This document shows positions 48,180 through 60,148 of a stretch of DNA of 64,000 bases, in pieces (within the stretch, counting starts at the first letter, position 1; each line of letters opens with the position of its first letter). The DNA is from an uncultured Methylomirabilota bacterium (GTDB lineage: Bacteria > Methylomirabilota > Methylomirabilia > Methylomirabilales > 2-02-FULL-66-22). The translations under genes and the position numbers were made by a program. The stretch covers positions 2,784,001 through 2,848,000 of the forward strand of contig OY970067.1 in assembly GCA_963705305.1 (NCBI GenBank). The letters are read 5' to 3'. The notes below the pieces were generated by a model that saw only the letters and a list, made by a program, of their open reading frames with translations, was not told where the DNA came from and did not search any database.

Positions 48180-49049
48180 ATGGACATCCACTCCAGTCGG
48201 GCCGAGATCATCATCGAGGCGCTGCCGTTCATCCGCGCCTTCCACGGGAAGACTGTGGTGGTCAAATACGGCGGCAACGCCATGGTGGACGGGCGGTTGA
48301 CCACGGCCATCATCCAGGACGTGGTCCTGATGGGGCTGGTGGGGATGCAGCCCGTGATCGTGCACGGCGGCGGGCCGCAGATCGACCAGGCCATGCAGGC
48401 GTCCGGGTTGAAGCCCACGTTCGTCCAGGGGCTTCGGGTGACGGACGCCGAGACCATGCGGATCGTCGAGCGCGTCCTGGTGGGGGAGATCAATCAGGAG
48501 ATCGTAGCCCTCATCGGCCGCCTGGGAGGGGCGGCCATCGGCCTCTCCGGGAAGGATGGGGGCCTGATCCGGGCCCGCAAGGCCCCGCCGGTGGCGGGCC
48601 CCGGCGGGGAGAAGCTGGATCTGGGCCTGGTCGGCGAGGTGGCCCGCGTGGACCCCAAGGCCATCCGAACCGTGCAGGGGGCCGGCTATATCCCCGTGGT
48701 GGCGCCCACCGCCGGCGACGAGACGGGCAACACCTACAACATCAACGCGGATATCGTGGCCGGCGAGGTGGCCGCCGCCCTGGGGGCGGAGAAGCTGGTC
48801 CTCTTGACCGACACGGACGGGATCCTGGATCGGCAGGGACAGCGCCTGTCCACCCTGACCCGCCTGGAGGTAGAGCGTCTGGCGGGGGACGGGACCATCA
48901 CCAGGGGGATGCTGCCCAAGGTCCAAGCCTGCCTGATCGCCCTGCAGGGCGGCGTGCGCAAGACCCACATCATCAACGGAACCAGGCTGCACGCCCTCAT
49001 CGAGGAGCTGCTCACACCCGAGGGCGTGGGCACGGAGATCGTGGCCTGA
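48180..49049 (+). CDS. argB: Acetylglutamate kinase
   Basis: VKYGGNAM, VHGGGPQI and NINAD motifs. Confidence 0.95.
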   Translation: MDIHSSRAEIIIEALPFIRAFHGKTVVVKYGGNAMVDGRLTTAIIQDVVLMGLVGMQPVIVHGGGPQIDQAMQASGLKPTFVQGLRVTDAETMRIVERVLVGEINQEIVALIGRLGGAAIGLSGKDGGLIRARKAPPVAGPGGEKLDLGLVGEVARVDPKAIRTVQGAGYIPVVAPTAGDETGNTYNINADIVAGEVAAALGAEKLVLLTDTDGILDRQGQRLSTLTRLEVERLAGDGTITRGMLPKVQACLIALQGGVRKTHIINGTRLHALIEELLTPEGVGTEIVA

Positions 49050-49087
49050 GCGGAACCGAGCCGCGGCCGCGTCGAGGGAGCCGGAGC

Positions 49088-50284
49088 ATGACCACGCAGG
49101 AGCTGCTGGCGGCGTCGTCGAAATACCTGGCCAACACCTATGCGCGCTTTCCCATTGTGCTGATGCGGGGGCAAGGCGTCCGCGTGTGGGATTCGGAGGG
49201 CCGGGAATACCTGGATTTCGTAGGGGGGATCGCCGTGGACGCCCTGGGGCACTGCCACCCGCGCATGGTGGCGGCCATCCGGGAGCAGGCGGAGCGGTTG
49301 ATCCACGTGAGCAACCTCTACCACATCGAGCCCCAGATCCGGCTGGCCCGGCTGCTCTGTGAGAACTCCTTCGCCGACCGGGCCTTTTTTTGCAACAGCG
49401 GCGCCGAGGCCAACGAGGCCGCCATCAAGCTGGCCCGCAAGTACGCCAAAGACCGCTGGAGCAGCGATCGCACCGAGATCATCGTCATGCATCACTCCTT
49501 CCACGGCCGGACACTGGCCACCGTGACGGCCACCGGCAACGAGAAGTACTGGCACGGCTTCGAGCCCCTGATGCCGGGCTTCAAGCACGTGCCGTACAAC
49601 GATCTGACGGCAGTGGAGCGCGCCCTGGACTCCCACACCTGTGCCGTGCTGGTCGAGCCGGTGCAAGGGGAGGGCGGGGTGAACGTGCCGGGGGACGAGT
49701 ACCTGCCGGGGCTCCGCCGGCTCTGCGACCAGGCCGGCGCGCTGCTCATCCTCGACGAGGTCCAGTCCGGGATGGGGCGGACGGGGAAGCTCTTCGCCTG
49801 CCAGCACTGGGGAGTCGAGCCGGACATCATGACCCTGGCCAAGGCGCTGGCTGGCGGCATCCCGATGGGGGCCATGCTGGCGCGCGAGGCGGTGGCGGCG
49901 AGCTTCGTGCCCGGGACGCACGCCTCCACGTTCGGAGGGACGCCGTTCGTCTCGGCCGTGGCCGTGGCCGTCGTCGAGACCATGCTTCAGGAGGATCTGC
50001 CGGGGAACGCGGCGCGGGTTGGGAAGTACTTCCTGGATCGGCTGAGCGCCCTCCGGACCCGCTTCCCGCTGATCGTCGCGGTGCGGGGGAAAGGGCTGCT
50101 CTTGGGGATGCAGGTGTCGATTCCGGCCCGCAACATCGTGGCCGCCTGCATGGAGCGCGGGCTCCTCACCCTCACGGCCGGCGATCAGGTCGTCCGGTTC
50201 GCGCCGCCCCTGATCGTCAGCGAGGCGGACGTGGATCGGGCGGTCGCGATCCTCACCGAAGCGCTCGAACGGGTGAGCAAGTAA
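49088..50284 (+). CDS. argD: Acetylornithine aminotransferase
   Basis: NSGAEANE, FHGRT, DEVQSG and TLAKALAGG motifs. Confidence 0.94.
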   Translation: MTTQELLAASSKYLANTYARFPIVLMRGQGVRVWDSEGREYLDFVGGIAVDALGHCHPRMVAAIREQAERLIHVSNLYHIEPQIRLARLLCENSFADRAFFCNSGAEANEAAIKLARKYAKDRWSSDRTEIIVMHHSFHGRTLATVTATGNEKYWHGFEPLMPGFKHVPYNDLTAVERALDSHTCAVLVEPVQGEGGVNVPGDEYLPGLRRLCDQAGALLILDEVQSGMGRTGKLFACQHWGVEPDIMTLAKALAGGIPMGAMLAREAVAASFVPGTHASTFGGTPFVSAVAVAVVETMLQEDLPGNAARVGKYFLDRLSALRTRFPLIVAVRGKGLLLGMQVSIPARNIVAACMERGLLTLTAGDQVVRFAPPLIVSEADVDRAVAILTEALERVSK

Positions 50285-50285
50285 G

Positions 50286-50400
50286 CAATGCAAAACCGAC
50301 AATGAAAAATGGAAAACCGGCCGAATGGATGCAAGGGCCGGTGCCTGGCTTGCCATTGTCGGTTGTCGGTTTTCCATTGTCCGTTTTCAATTTTCGATTG
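50286..50400. repeat. Inverted array of degenerate heptamer repeats
   Basis: CAATGCA AAACCGA CAATGAA AAATGGA AAACCGG ... CCATTGT CGGTTGT CGGTTTT CCATTGT CCGTTTT CAATTTT. Confidence 0.7.
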
Positions 50401-50414
50401 ACTCGAGGTCTCCC

Positions 50415-51344
50415 ATGAATCGCCACCTGATCACCCTGGACGATCTCACGGCTGACGACGTCCAGGGGCTGTTCGATCTGGCCGCCGCGCTGAAGATGAA
50501 GCGGCGGCAGGGGTTGCCGCACGCGCTGCTCACCGGCAAAACCCTGGCCCTGATCTTCGAGAAGCCGTCGCTCCGCACCCGGGTGACGTTCGAGGCGGGG
50601 ATGACCCAACTGGGCGGACACGCCGTCTATCTGGCGCCCGCGGACATCCGTTTGGGAGAGCGGGAAACGGTGCAGGACGCCGCCCGGAACCTGGAGCGCT
50701 GGGTGGACGGAATCGTGGCCCGCACCTTCAGCCACCAGATGGTGGAGCGGCTGGCCTCGTACTCCAGCGTCCCGGTCATCAACGGCCTGACCGACGGCCA
50801 CCATCCGGTGCAGATCCTCTGCGATATGTTCACGCTGTGGGAAAAGCGGGGCGCCCTCCAGGGCCTGCACATCGTATTCGTCGGGGACGGCAACAACGTC
50901 TGCCATTCCTGGCTGCAGGGGGCGGCCAAGATGGGGATGCGCTTCACGCTGGCCTGCCCCGCCGGATACGAGCCGGATTCGATTGTAATGGAGCGCGCGC
51001 TCCACGACGCGGCGGCAACCGGCGCCCGCCTGCGGGTGACCCACGACGCCGGGGACGCCGCGCGGGAGGCCGATGTCCTGTACACCGACGTCTGGGCCAG
51101 CATGGGCCAGGAGGACGAGCGCGCCAAGCGCCTGCGCGACTTCCAGCTGTTCCAGGTGGATGCGCGGCTGGTGGGACTGGCCCGGCCCGAGGTGCTCGTC
51201 ATGCACTGTCTCCCCGCCCACCGCGGGGAAGAGATCACCGGCGAGGTCTTGGACGGGCCGCGGAGCATCGTCTTCGATCAGGCGGAGAACCGCCTGCACG
51301 TGCAGAAGGCGATCTTGGTCACGCTGATGGGCGGCACAGCCTAG
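50415..51344 (+). CDS. argF: Ornithine carbamoyltransferase
   Basis: KPSLRTR, HPVQ, SMG and HCLP motifs. Confidence 0.95.
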   Translation: MNRHLITLDDLTADDVQGLFDLAAALKMKRRQGLPHALLTGKTLALIFEKPSLRTRVTFEAGMTQLGGHAVYLAPADIRLGERETVQDAARNLERWVDGIVARTFSHQMVERLASYSSVPVINGLTDGHHPVQILCDMFTLWEKRGALQGLHIVFVGDGNNVCHSWLQGAAKMGMRFTLACPAGYEPDSIVMERALHDAAATGARLRVTHDAGDAAREADVLYTDVWASMGQEDERAKRLRDFQLFQVDARLVGLARPEVLVMHCLPAHRGEEITGEVLDGPRSIVFDQAENRLHVQKAILVTLMGGTA

Positions 51345-51420
51345 CAGGCTGCTGAAAAAGGCCCACCTGCGGCTCCGCCGACCGGCCGTACCGGTGATCG
51401 GATGTCCGGGGGATCGAACC

Positions 51421-52215
51421 ATGCGGGTTGAGGGGAAGGTTGCCGTCGTCACCGGCGGGGGGGCCGGCATCGGTCGGGCCATCGTCCTGGCGCTGGCGCG
51501 GGAAGGGGCAGATCTCCTCGTTGCCGACATCAGCGCGCCTGCAGCCGAGTCGGTGGCCGGGGAGGTGCGCGCGGCGGGTCGCCAGGCGTGGACCCTTCCG
51601 GTGGACGTGCGGAGCGAGGCGGCCGTCCGGTCGGCCCTGGCCGAGGGGATGCGCCTGGCGGGCCGGATCGATATCCTGGTGAACAACGCCGGGGTGACTC
51701 CCAACGTCGGCCTCCCCTTCACGCGGCAGGTGGAGGCGGACTGGGACAAGGTCTTCGGCGTGAACCTTAAGCCGGTCTTCTTTACCTGCAAGGCCCTGGC
51801 GCCCCACTTCATGGAGCGGAGGGCGGGCAAGATCGTGAACATCGCGTCGGTGGCGGGGCCCCTCTCCAGCTCGTCTATGCCGTCCTACAGCGTCGTGAAG
51901 ATGGGCGTGATCACCTTCACCAAGATCGTGGCCAGAGATCTGGCGCCGTACGGCGTCAACGTGAACGCCGTCTGCCCGGGACTCCTGTGGACGGACATGT
52001 GGAAGCAGCTCGGGGACGTGATGCGGGCCACTGACCCGACCTACGCCGACCTCACCCCCCGGCAGATGTTCGAGCGGCGGGTGCAGGAGTGGATCCCCAT
52101 GCGGCGGGAGCAGACGCCGGAAGACATCGGCCACGCGGTGGTGTTCCTGGCCTCGGAGGAGGCCCGCAACATCACCGGCCAGGCCTTGATGGTGGACGGC
52201 GGCATCGTTATGTAG
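51421..52215 (+). CDS. Short-chain dehydrogenase/reductase
   Basis: TGGGAGIG, NNAG and YxxxK (YSVVK) motifs. Confidence 0.92.
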   Translation: MRVEGKVAVVTGGGAGIGRAIVLALAREGADLLVADISAPAAESVAGEVRAAGRQAWTLPVDVRSEAAVRSALAEGMRLAGRIDILVNNAGVTPNVGLPFTRQVEADWDKVFGVNLKPVFFTCKALAPHFMERRAGKIVNIASVAGPLSSSSMPSYSVVKMGVITFTKIVARDLAPYGVNVNAVCPGLLWTDMWKQLGDVMRATDPTYADLTPRQMFERRVQEWIPMRREQTPEDIGHAVVFLASEEARNITGQALMVDGGIVM

Positions 52216-52275
52216 AGGCAAGGGTTCCGCGGCGCCGCGGTCGCGCGGTGCCGTGCAGGGGGGACTGGAGGCGGC

Positions 52276-53498
<1,223 letters not shown>

Positions 53499-53502
<4 letters not shown>

Positions 53503-54887
53503 ACCGGAAAAAGAAGTTGTGGGGCGGTCGCTTCCAGGCAGGCACGCATCAGCAGGTGGAGGCCTTCACGGCCTCCATCCACTTCGATCAGCAGCTGGCG
53601 CCCCAGGACATCGCGGGGAGCATCGCCCACGCCCGCATGCTGGGCAAATGCGGGATCATCGGCAAGGCGGAGGCGGAGCAGATCGAGACCGGCCTGACCG
53701 AGATCCAGGCGGAGATCGCCCAGGGTCAGTTCCGTTTCGATCCGGGCCTGGAAGACATCCACATGCACATCGAGCGACGCCTGATCGAAAAGATCGGCGA
53801 CGTGGGGGGCAAGCTCCACACCGGCCGCAGCCGGAACGACCAGGTGGCCCTGGACCTGCGCCTGTACCTGCGGGAGGCCATCCGGCAGATCCGCGAGCAG
53901 CTACGCGCCCTCCAGCGGGCCCTGGTGGGCAAGGCCGAGCTGCACCTGGACACCATCCTGCCCGGGTACACCCACCTCCAGCGGGCGCAGCCGATCCTGC
54001 TGGCCCACCATCTGATGGCCTACTTCGAGATGTTCCAGCGGGACCGGGATCGGCTGGACGAGTGCCTGCGCCGGGTGAACGTGCTGCCACTGGGGGCGGC
54101 CGCGCTGGCGGGAACCAGCCTTCCCATCGACCGGGCATACGTGGCCAAGCTGTTGGAGTTTCCCGCCGTGGCCGCAAACAGTGTGGACGCCGTGTCCGAC
54201 CGGGACTTCGCCGTGGAGTTCCTCGCCTGCGCGGCCCTGATTGCCATGCACCTGTCGCGACTGGCGGAGGAGCTGGTGCTCTGGGCCAGCGCCGAGTTCG
54301 GGTTCATCGAGCTGCCCGACGCCTTCGCCACCGGCTCCAGCATCATGCCGCAGAAGAAGAACCCGGATGTGGCCGAGCTGACGCGCGGGAAGACCGGCCG
54401 CGTCTACGGCTCGCTGATGGCCCTGCTGACGACCATGAAGGGGCTTCCGCTGAGCTACAATCGTGACCTGCAGGAGGACAAGGAGCCGGTCTTCGACGCG
54501 GTGAAGACGCTCCGCCAAACGCTGGATGTGTTCCCGCCCTTGCTCAGCACCATCACCGTGCGGGCCGACCGGATGCGGGCGGCGGCCGCCGACGGTTTCC
54601 TGAACGCGACCGACCTGGCCGATTACCTGGTCACCAAGGGGGTCCCTTTCCGCGAGGCCCACGAGGCGGTGGGGCGTCTGGTGCGGGAGTGCCTGGAAAC
54701 GAACCAGCGGCTGGAGGCGCTTCCCCTCACGCGCCTGCGCCATTTCTCGCCGGCCATCGGGCCCGATGTGTTCAAATACATCGGCCTGGAGGCCTGTGTC
54801 GAGCGTCGGCGCTCGATAGGCGGCACCAGCTCCCGCCTGGTGGGCGAGGCCATCGCCCAGGCCAAGCGGACGCTCCGCCGACCATGA
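53499..54887 (+). CDS. argH: Argininosuccinate lyase
   Basis: [15 protein letters not shown] and [12 protein letters not shown] motifs. Confidence 0.96.
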
Positions 54888-55951
54888 GCCGATCGCCCGG
54901 CCGCGGCTCCCGAGGTCTCGCGCTGGCGGGTCTGATCCTGGTGCTGTGCCTGCTGCCGGCCTGCGGGCGCAGGGCGGCACCCCTGCCCCCCTTGCCAACG
55001 GTCCCCCAGGCAGCAGGCTCCCTCGCCGCCGTGGTGGAGGAGAACGCCATTCTTGTCACCTGGGCGCGTCCCACCCGCAACCAGGACGGCACGCCGCTGC
55101 AAAATCTGGCAGCCTTCCGGCTCTTCCGCGCCATGGAAGGCCCTCCGGCGGCGCCGGCGCCGGCCAGTCCGACGTTTTCCCTGCTGGCCACCATCCGTGC
55201 CGAGCATCCGGACAATGCTGCGGTGCTGGGCGACCAGTACGCCTTTCGCGACGACACTGCCCAAGCCGGCCTGCGCTACGCGTACAAGATCCAGGCCGTA
55301 AATACCAAGGACGGGGTCGGCGCCATGTCGGCGGAGGCCGTGGTCGATTTCGCGCCCCCGCCCCCCCCGCCGGTCGACCTGAAGGCCACGGCGGGCGATG
55401 GGATGGTCGATCTCACCTGGCAGCCCCCGGCCGAGGGGGCCGGCGGCGTGGTCGGCTACAACATTTACCGCGGGACCCGGCCGGACGTCTTTGACCCGCT
55501 CCCCATCAACGGTCCTCCCGTGACCACCACCCGTTTCCGGGATGGCGCCGTGACCAACGAGACCACCTACTACTACGTGGTGCGGAGCGTAGCGTCAGAG
55601 CGGCCGCCCTGGCGCGAAAGCGTGGACTCCGCCCAGGCCTCGGCCGCGCCCCAGGACTTCACCCCCCCGGAGCCGCCGCGCGGGCTGATCGCCATCCCTG
55701 GTCCGGGGAGCGTGGCGCTGACCTGGCATGCCAACCCCGAGCCGGATCTCCTGGGGTACCAGGTCTACCGCCAAGAGCCGCCCAGCGCCAAGCTGGTGCA
55801 GCTCACCACCCAGCCGATCCCTGCAACGACATACACCGACCGCAGCGTGAAATCTGGCGGCACCTACGTCTACTCCATCACCGCCGTGGACCGCTCTCCC
55901 CATCGGAACGAGAGCGCCCCGTCCGCAGAGGTCCAGGTCCGCGTCCCATAA
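54884..55951 (+). CDS. Lipoprotein with fibronectin type III repeats
   Basis: LPACG lipobox; three FN3-like units (xTW...YNIYR...YYVV...ES). Confidence 0.85.
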   Translation: MSRSPGRGSRGLALAGLILVLCLLPACGRRAAPLPPLPTVPQAAGSLAAVVEENAILVTWARPTRNQDGTPLQNLAAFRLFRAMEGPPAAPAPASPTFSLLATIRAEHPDNAAVLGDQYAFRDDTAQAGLRYAYKIQAVNTKDGVGAMSAEAVVDFAPPPPPPVDLKATAGDGMVDLTWQPPAEGAGGVVGYNIYRGTRPDVFDPLPINGPPVTTTRFRDGAVTNETTYYYVVRSVASERPPWRESVDSAQASAAPQDFTPPEPPRGLIAIPGPGSVALTWHANPEPDLLGYQVYRQEPPSAKLVQLTTQPIPATTYTDRSVKSGGTYVYSITAVDRSPHRNESAPSAEVQVRVP

Positions 55952-56281
55952 GGCCGGCCGGGACCCCCGATCGCCGCGTTCTTTGCCAGACAAGTCGCAT
56001 GCCGGTGGGTATCCCGCGTCCGGTGCGCACGGTGCGCTGTCCCAAGGTGATGGGCCGCGCACGCATCGCCCGCTCGACCTCGCGGGTACGGCCGGCATCA
56101 GAGCGCAGCGGACATTTCGGTCGGTCAGGGAGCCTTGACAGGCGAGGACTACCGGGGAAGAATGCGCCTGGCAAGGCCGGGCACAACGCGATCCCGGAAC
56201 GGGCGGCGAGATGAGGTCTCAGCCGGTCCTCCGGTAGGCGTGGGGACGGGCGGAGGCCCTTGCAGAGCTGAGGAGGCTGTT

Positions 56282-57001
56282 ATGACGAAGCGTGCGTTCC
56301 TGTTCATCCTGGTGCTTGCACTCGCGGCACTGCCGCACGTCGCGGAGGCGCAGGCGACTGGTTCCCCGTTGAAGATCGGTCTGGTCGGTGCCGGACGAGA
56401 GGGCGGCGCACTCGGCACGCTCTTCGTGAAGGCCGGTCACCCGGTGATGTTCTCGTCGCGCCATCCCGAGGATTTGAAGGGTCTCGTCGCCGGGCTCGGG
56501 CCGCTCGCACGGGCCGGCACGGTCGACGAGGCCGTCACCTTCGGCGACGTCGTGCTGATTGTCGTCCCCTACACGGCGATGGAGCAGATCGGCCAGGCGC
56601 ATGCGACCGCCCTCGCCAAGAAGGTGCTGGTGATCGATGTGAGTAACCCGATCGCACGGCGCGATGGCGAAGACTTCGTCACGTCGGTCAACGGAGAGGG
56701 TGGACCGGGACTGATGACCGCGAAGCTCCTGCCGGGGGTGCCCCTCGTCCGCGCGTTCAATGCGATCGGCTCCGGCAGGCTGGCCGCGCTCGCCCATCGT
56801 GCAGGCGGGCCGGTCGGAGTGCCGATCGCGGGCGACGATCCGCAAGCGATCGCGGTGGCGGAGAGCCTCATTCGTGAGATCGGGTTCGAGCCCGTGCTTG
56901 TCGGCGGGCTGGCCATGGGCAAATATCTGGTGCCGGGGACGCCGCTCGCGGGCGAGCACACGCCGGCGGAGATTCACCAGATCGCCGGCGGTCTGCACTG
57001 A
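56282..57001 (+). CDS. NADP oxidoreductase, F420-dependent family, with signal peptide
   Basis: KIGLVGAG, DVSNP, VRAFN and IAGDD motifs. Confidence 0.85.
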   Translation: MTKRAFLFILVLALAALPHVAEAQATGSPLKIGLVGAGREGGALGTLFVKAGHPVMFSSRHPEDLKGLVAGLGPLARAGTVDEAVTFGDVVLIVVPYTAMEQIGQAHATALAKKVLVIDVSNPIARRDGEDFVTSVNGEGGPGLMTAKLLPGVPLVRAFNAIGSGRLAALAHRAGGPVGVPIAGDDPQAIAVAESLIREIGFEPVLVGGLAMGKYLVPGTPLAGEHTPAEIHQIAGGLH

Positions 57002-57584
57002 GGCAGTTGCGACCACGCTCGGCCCCGCCCGCCGCCTGCGCTCCTTGCCGCGCAGCAGATCCAACGCCGGACTCCAGTCGGGCGAGGTCGAGCAGGTGCG
57101 CGCCCGCGGCCTGTCGCGGTCGGGGCGGCTGGCCCCCTCTGAGTTTCTCTCGGCAAGGCCGCCGTGGCTCGTCGACCCTCCGTCCCCGTGTCGTCCCCCG
57201 GTTGCGCGGGGACTGCGCCGCCGTTCATAAGGGTGCTAACCCCACTCCGGAAAAATCTCACCGCCACGTCGCCAAGAATGGCATACGTGGAATGGGCGGA
57301 GCGCACGGGGGCCAGAACGGCCTCGAATCCCCAGAAAGCGCCCCGGGGCCAAGACTCACTGCCTCCGATCCCTGGCGATTGTGGATAGTGGCGCCATGGC
57401 GGCCAAGAGTTTCTTCTGTCCAGAGCTCATTTTCAGCTTCGCCTGGATGTAGTCGGGCATGCGCTCCCTCCCGCAAGAGCCCCGAGGGGCGCCTACGGCA
57501 ACTGCTCGGGAAGCGGCTTGTCGGCTGGCGGGCCTAGCCCTGCACAGCGGCCCGGGACTTGTCCGACCACGGGCTATACCCAGG

Positions 57585-58004
57585 TCAGCCTCCATTCCCC
57601 CGGGCTTTCACCTTGCGCATTCGCTGGTGCCCCGCGCTCGCGACGGATGCCTCGACAACGGCCAAAAGGGCCTCGGCACGAAACGGCTTCGTGAGGCACG
57701 CCGCGGCGCCGGCCTCGAAGGCCCGGTGGTTAAGGGCGCTATCCTCCACCGCCGTCAGGAAGACCACCGGGATCGGCGCGGTGAGGGGGTTCGCCTTCAG
57801 TTGCCGGCACACCTCGTAGCCGTCGAGGTCCGGCATCCGGACATCCAAGAGGATGAGGGCCGGCCGCAGACTCGCCGCCTTGGCGAGGCCCCCCGTCCCG
57901 TCGGCGGCCTCCATGGGCTCATACCCTGCGCTTTGAAGGATCTCCCGGACTGCACTGCGAAGGCCAGGCTCGTCGTCCACGATGAGCACGCACTGTCTCG
58001 CCAT
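57585..58004 (-). CDS. Single-domain response regulator
   Basis: IVDDE, LLDVRMPDLDG, T and KP residues. Confidence 0.88.
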   Translation of the reverse strand: MARQCVLIVDDEPGLRSAVREILQSAGYEPMEAADGTGGLAKAASLRPALILLDVRMPDLDGYEVCRQLKANPLTAPIPVVFLTAVEDSALNHRAFEAGAAACLTKPFRAEALLAVVEASVASAGHQRMRKVKARGNGG

Positions 58005-58021
58005 GGTCTCTCCCCGGGGGT

Positions 58022-58405
58022 TCAAGATGGGGACTGCTGTACGTCCCATGCGTTCACGGCGGCTACCACCAAGAGGGCGGCCTTGAGGCCCCGCGCCTGC
58101 TCGGGAGTCATCTCGGTGAAGACGACGCCGCTCTCGTGGGCCTTGGGCCCGAGCCTTTCGGCCATGAACTTCCTGGTGTAAGGCCGCGTCCAGGCGACCC
58201 GGCCGGGGAAGCGCACCAGCCCCAGGGCCCGGGGGAAGTCCACCACGCACCCCGCCCCCACCTCGAGGGGGTCCTCGTGCAGGATGCGCGCCCCCTTGGC
58301 GCTCAGGTCCAGGAGGGTCGCTGCCCAGAACCCCAGCTCGGGGCGGCCGAGGCGGTGCGGCACGAACAGCCGCACGACCTGGCGACGTTCGGGTATCGCG
58401 TCCAT
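58022..58405 (-). CDS. PilZ domain protein
   Basis: RxxxR (RRQVVR) and DxSxxG (DLSAKG) c-di-GMP motifs; GRVAW and GVVF. Confidence 0.8.
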   Translation of the reverse strand: MDAIPERRQVVRLFVPHRLGRPELGFWAATLLDLSAKGARILHEDPLEVGAGCVVDFPRALGLVRFPGRVAWTRPYTRKFMAERLGPKAHESGVVFTEMTPEQARGLKAALLVVAAVNAWDVQQSPS

Positions 58406-58436
58406 GGTCCCCTCCCCGTCCTTGCCGTATTCGGGG

Positions 58437-58739
58437 CTACGGGCCCCGCCGCCGCGTGAGGAGCCGGTACGCCGCGGTCCCCGCCCACGCCAGTACGCCC
58501 AGCCCGAACAGGGAAACGTAGAGGGCCTGGAGGGGGTGCCACACCCACTCGGCCGCGGGGACGCTCAGGAAGATCGCCAGGCTCCAGAGGCAGAGGAACC
58601 GCAGGCTGACCCCCTCCCAGCCGGCCCGCCGGCGGGTGATGGAGCCCCAGAGCAGCTCCACACCCACCCAGGCCAGGAGGGCGAGCGGGAGTGTCCCTAG
58701 GATGGTGGCACGGAGCGCCGCAAGGTAGGCGGAAAGCAT
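58437..58739 (-). CDS. Small membrane protein (3 TM)
   Basis: Hydrophobic helices; lies between the REC and PilZ genes. Confidence 0.6.
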   Translation of the reverse strand: MLSAYLAALRATILGTLPLALLAWVGVELLWGSITRRRAGWEGVSLRFLCLWSLAIFLSVPAAEWVWHPLQALYVSLFGLGVLAWAGTAAYRLLTRRRGP

Positions 58740-58743
58740 GGCC

Positions 58744-59172
58744 TCAGTTCCTTTCCTCGGGGACCTCGGGACTCGCCTTCCGCCCCAGGACCTGCTCGAC
58801 GGCTCGAACGACCTGCTCCGGGTCGAAGGGCTTCCGGAGGCTCAGGGTAGCGCCGGCTTCGGCCCCCTTCGCCTCCAGCTCCGGATCGTTCACCGCCGTC
58901 AGGAGGATGATGGGGATATGCTGGAGGACTCGATTAGCCCGCAGGCGCCGACAGACCTCGTACCCGTCCATCCTCGGCATCAGGATGTCCAAGAGGATCA
59001 GCGCCGGGCGCTCCTTGCTGGCGATGGCGATGCCGGCGAGCCCGTGCGTGGCCAGGACGACCCGGTAGCCGTGGGCTTCCAGGGCATCCGTGCACACGCC
59101 GAGCACGAGTCGATCATCATCGATACAGAGGATCGTCGGGCGGGCGCTTGCCGCCGGGGATTCATCCTGCAT
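58744..59172 (-). CDS. Single-domain response regulator
   Basis: CIDDD, LLDILMPRMDG and KP residues. Confidence 0.88.
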   Translation of the reverse strand: MQDESPAASARPTILCIDDDRLVLGVCTDALEAHGYRVVLATHGLAGIAIASKERPALILLDILMPRMDGYEVCRRLRANRVLQHIPIILLTAVNDPELEAKGAEAGATLSLRKPFDPEQVVRAVEQVLGRKASPEVPEERN

Positions 59173-59515
59173 GTGGTCGTCTCCTCTCCGTCTCCCCTCT
59201 CCCGTGGCGCAGGGCGGATTCCTCGCCCTCGCCAGGGTCGATCACGGCCCGCGGCGGCCCCCGGTTGAGCTTCGGGGAGACGGGATCACGCGAAGTCCTC
59301 CGCCCGGAGTCCCGTCTCCAGGTCCCGCGCCGGGCCCGCCCCCCCCGGGCCATGGTTTGCCCGCGATGGGCACTATGTGTGTCAATTTCACACCGTTGCA
59401 GTGTGCCACGAAGTCCGTTCCCTTTTTTCCCGGCGCCCGCGGGATTGCCTTCGGCAACTCGCCCGCTGCGCGGCCCGGAGCTGCGTCGTCGGCCAATTGA
59501 CCGGGGCCAGCGGCT

Positions 59516-60061
59516 TCAGGGTCGCCTCCAGATCGTCTTGCCCTCCTCGTCGAACAGGTAGAACGCCGGTCCCTCCTTGGTGACGTTCAGCCAGGCGCGG
59601 TCTTTGCCGTTCGCGTCGGCCAGTCGCAGGTTCGGCCCGTCCTTGGCCACGGCTAGCCGGGTCCGGGGCTTGCCGTTCTCGTCGTACAGGGCCAGCACCG
59701 GCCACCCTTTGTCCAGGGCCACCATCGCGCGGAATTTGCCGTCCTCGTCGGCCAGGGCGAGCGACGGCCCGCTCTCGGTCACGGTCAGCTGGACGCGATT
59801 CTTGCCATGCTCATCGAACAGCAGAAGCCCCGTCGCGTCCTTGACCACGCCCAGCGCGGCCCGCAGCGTCCCCTTTCCGTCTTTCAGGACGAACCCCTCC
59901 GCCTCCACGATCCGCGGCCTCGGCATTGCCTGGCCCATGACCAGCCCGGCCACGGCCAACACCACCACCGCAATGCCTGCTCCCCGCAACCTCCGGTTCT
60001 GCCGTTCCACCTTCGCCAGCCGGTGCGCGAGAGCTTGAATGTCATCTGACTGTGCTGGCAT
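59516..60061 (-). CDS. Membrane-anchored beta-repeat hypothetical protein
   Basis: Coiled coil + TM, then ~22-aa repeats (L.L.DE.GK.R..L). Confidence 0.7.
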   Translation of the reverse strand: MPAQSDDIQALAHRLAKVERQNRRLRGAGIAVVVLAVAGLVMGQAMPRPRIVEAEGFVLKDGKGTLRAALGVVKDATGLLLFDEHGKNRVQLTVTESGPSLALADEDGKFRAMVALDKGWPVLALYDENGKPRTRLAVAKDGPNLRLADANGKDRAWLNVTKEGPAFYLFDEEGKTIWRRP

Positions 60062-60148
60062 GGCCGCCTCCTCTTCTGGTCTGCCCTCTGCCCACGGCGG
60101 CCGGGAGCCGCCCTGTCCCCCGTCGGGTGCGGGGGCGGGACAAGGACC

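Noticed and set aside
57002..57584. Possible ncRNA or gene remnant
   Set aside because: No recognisable RNA motif or convincing ORF
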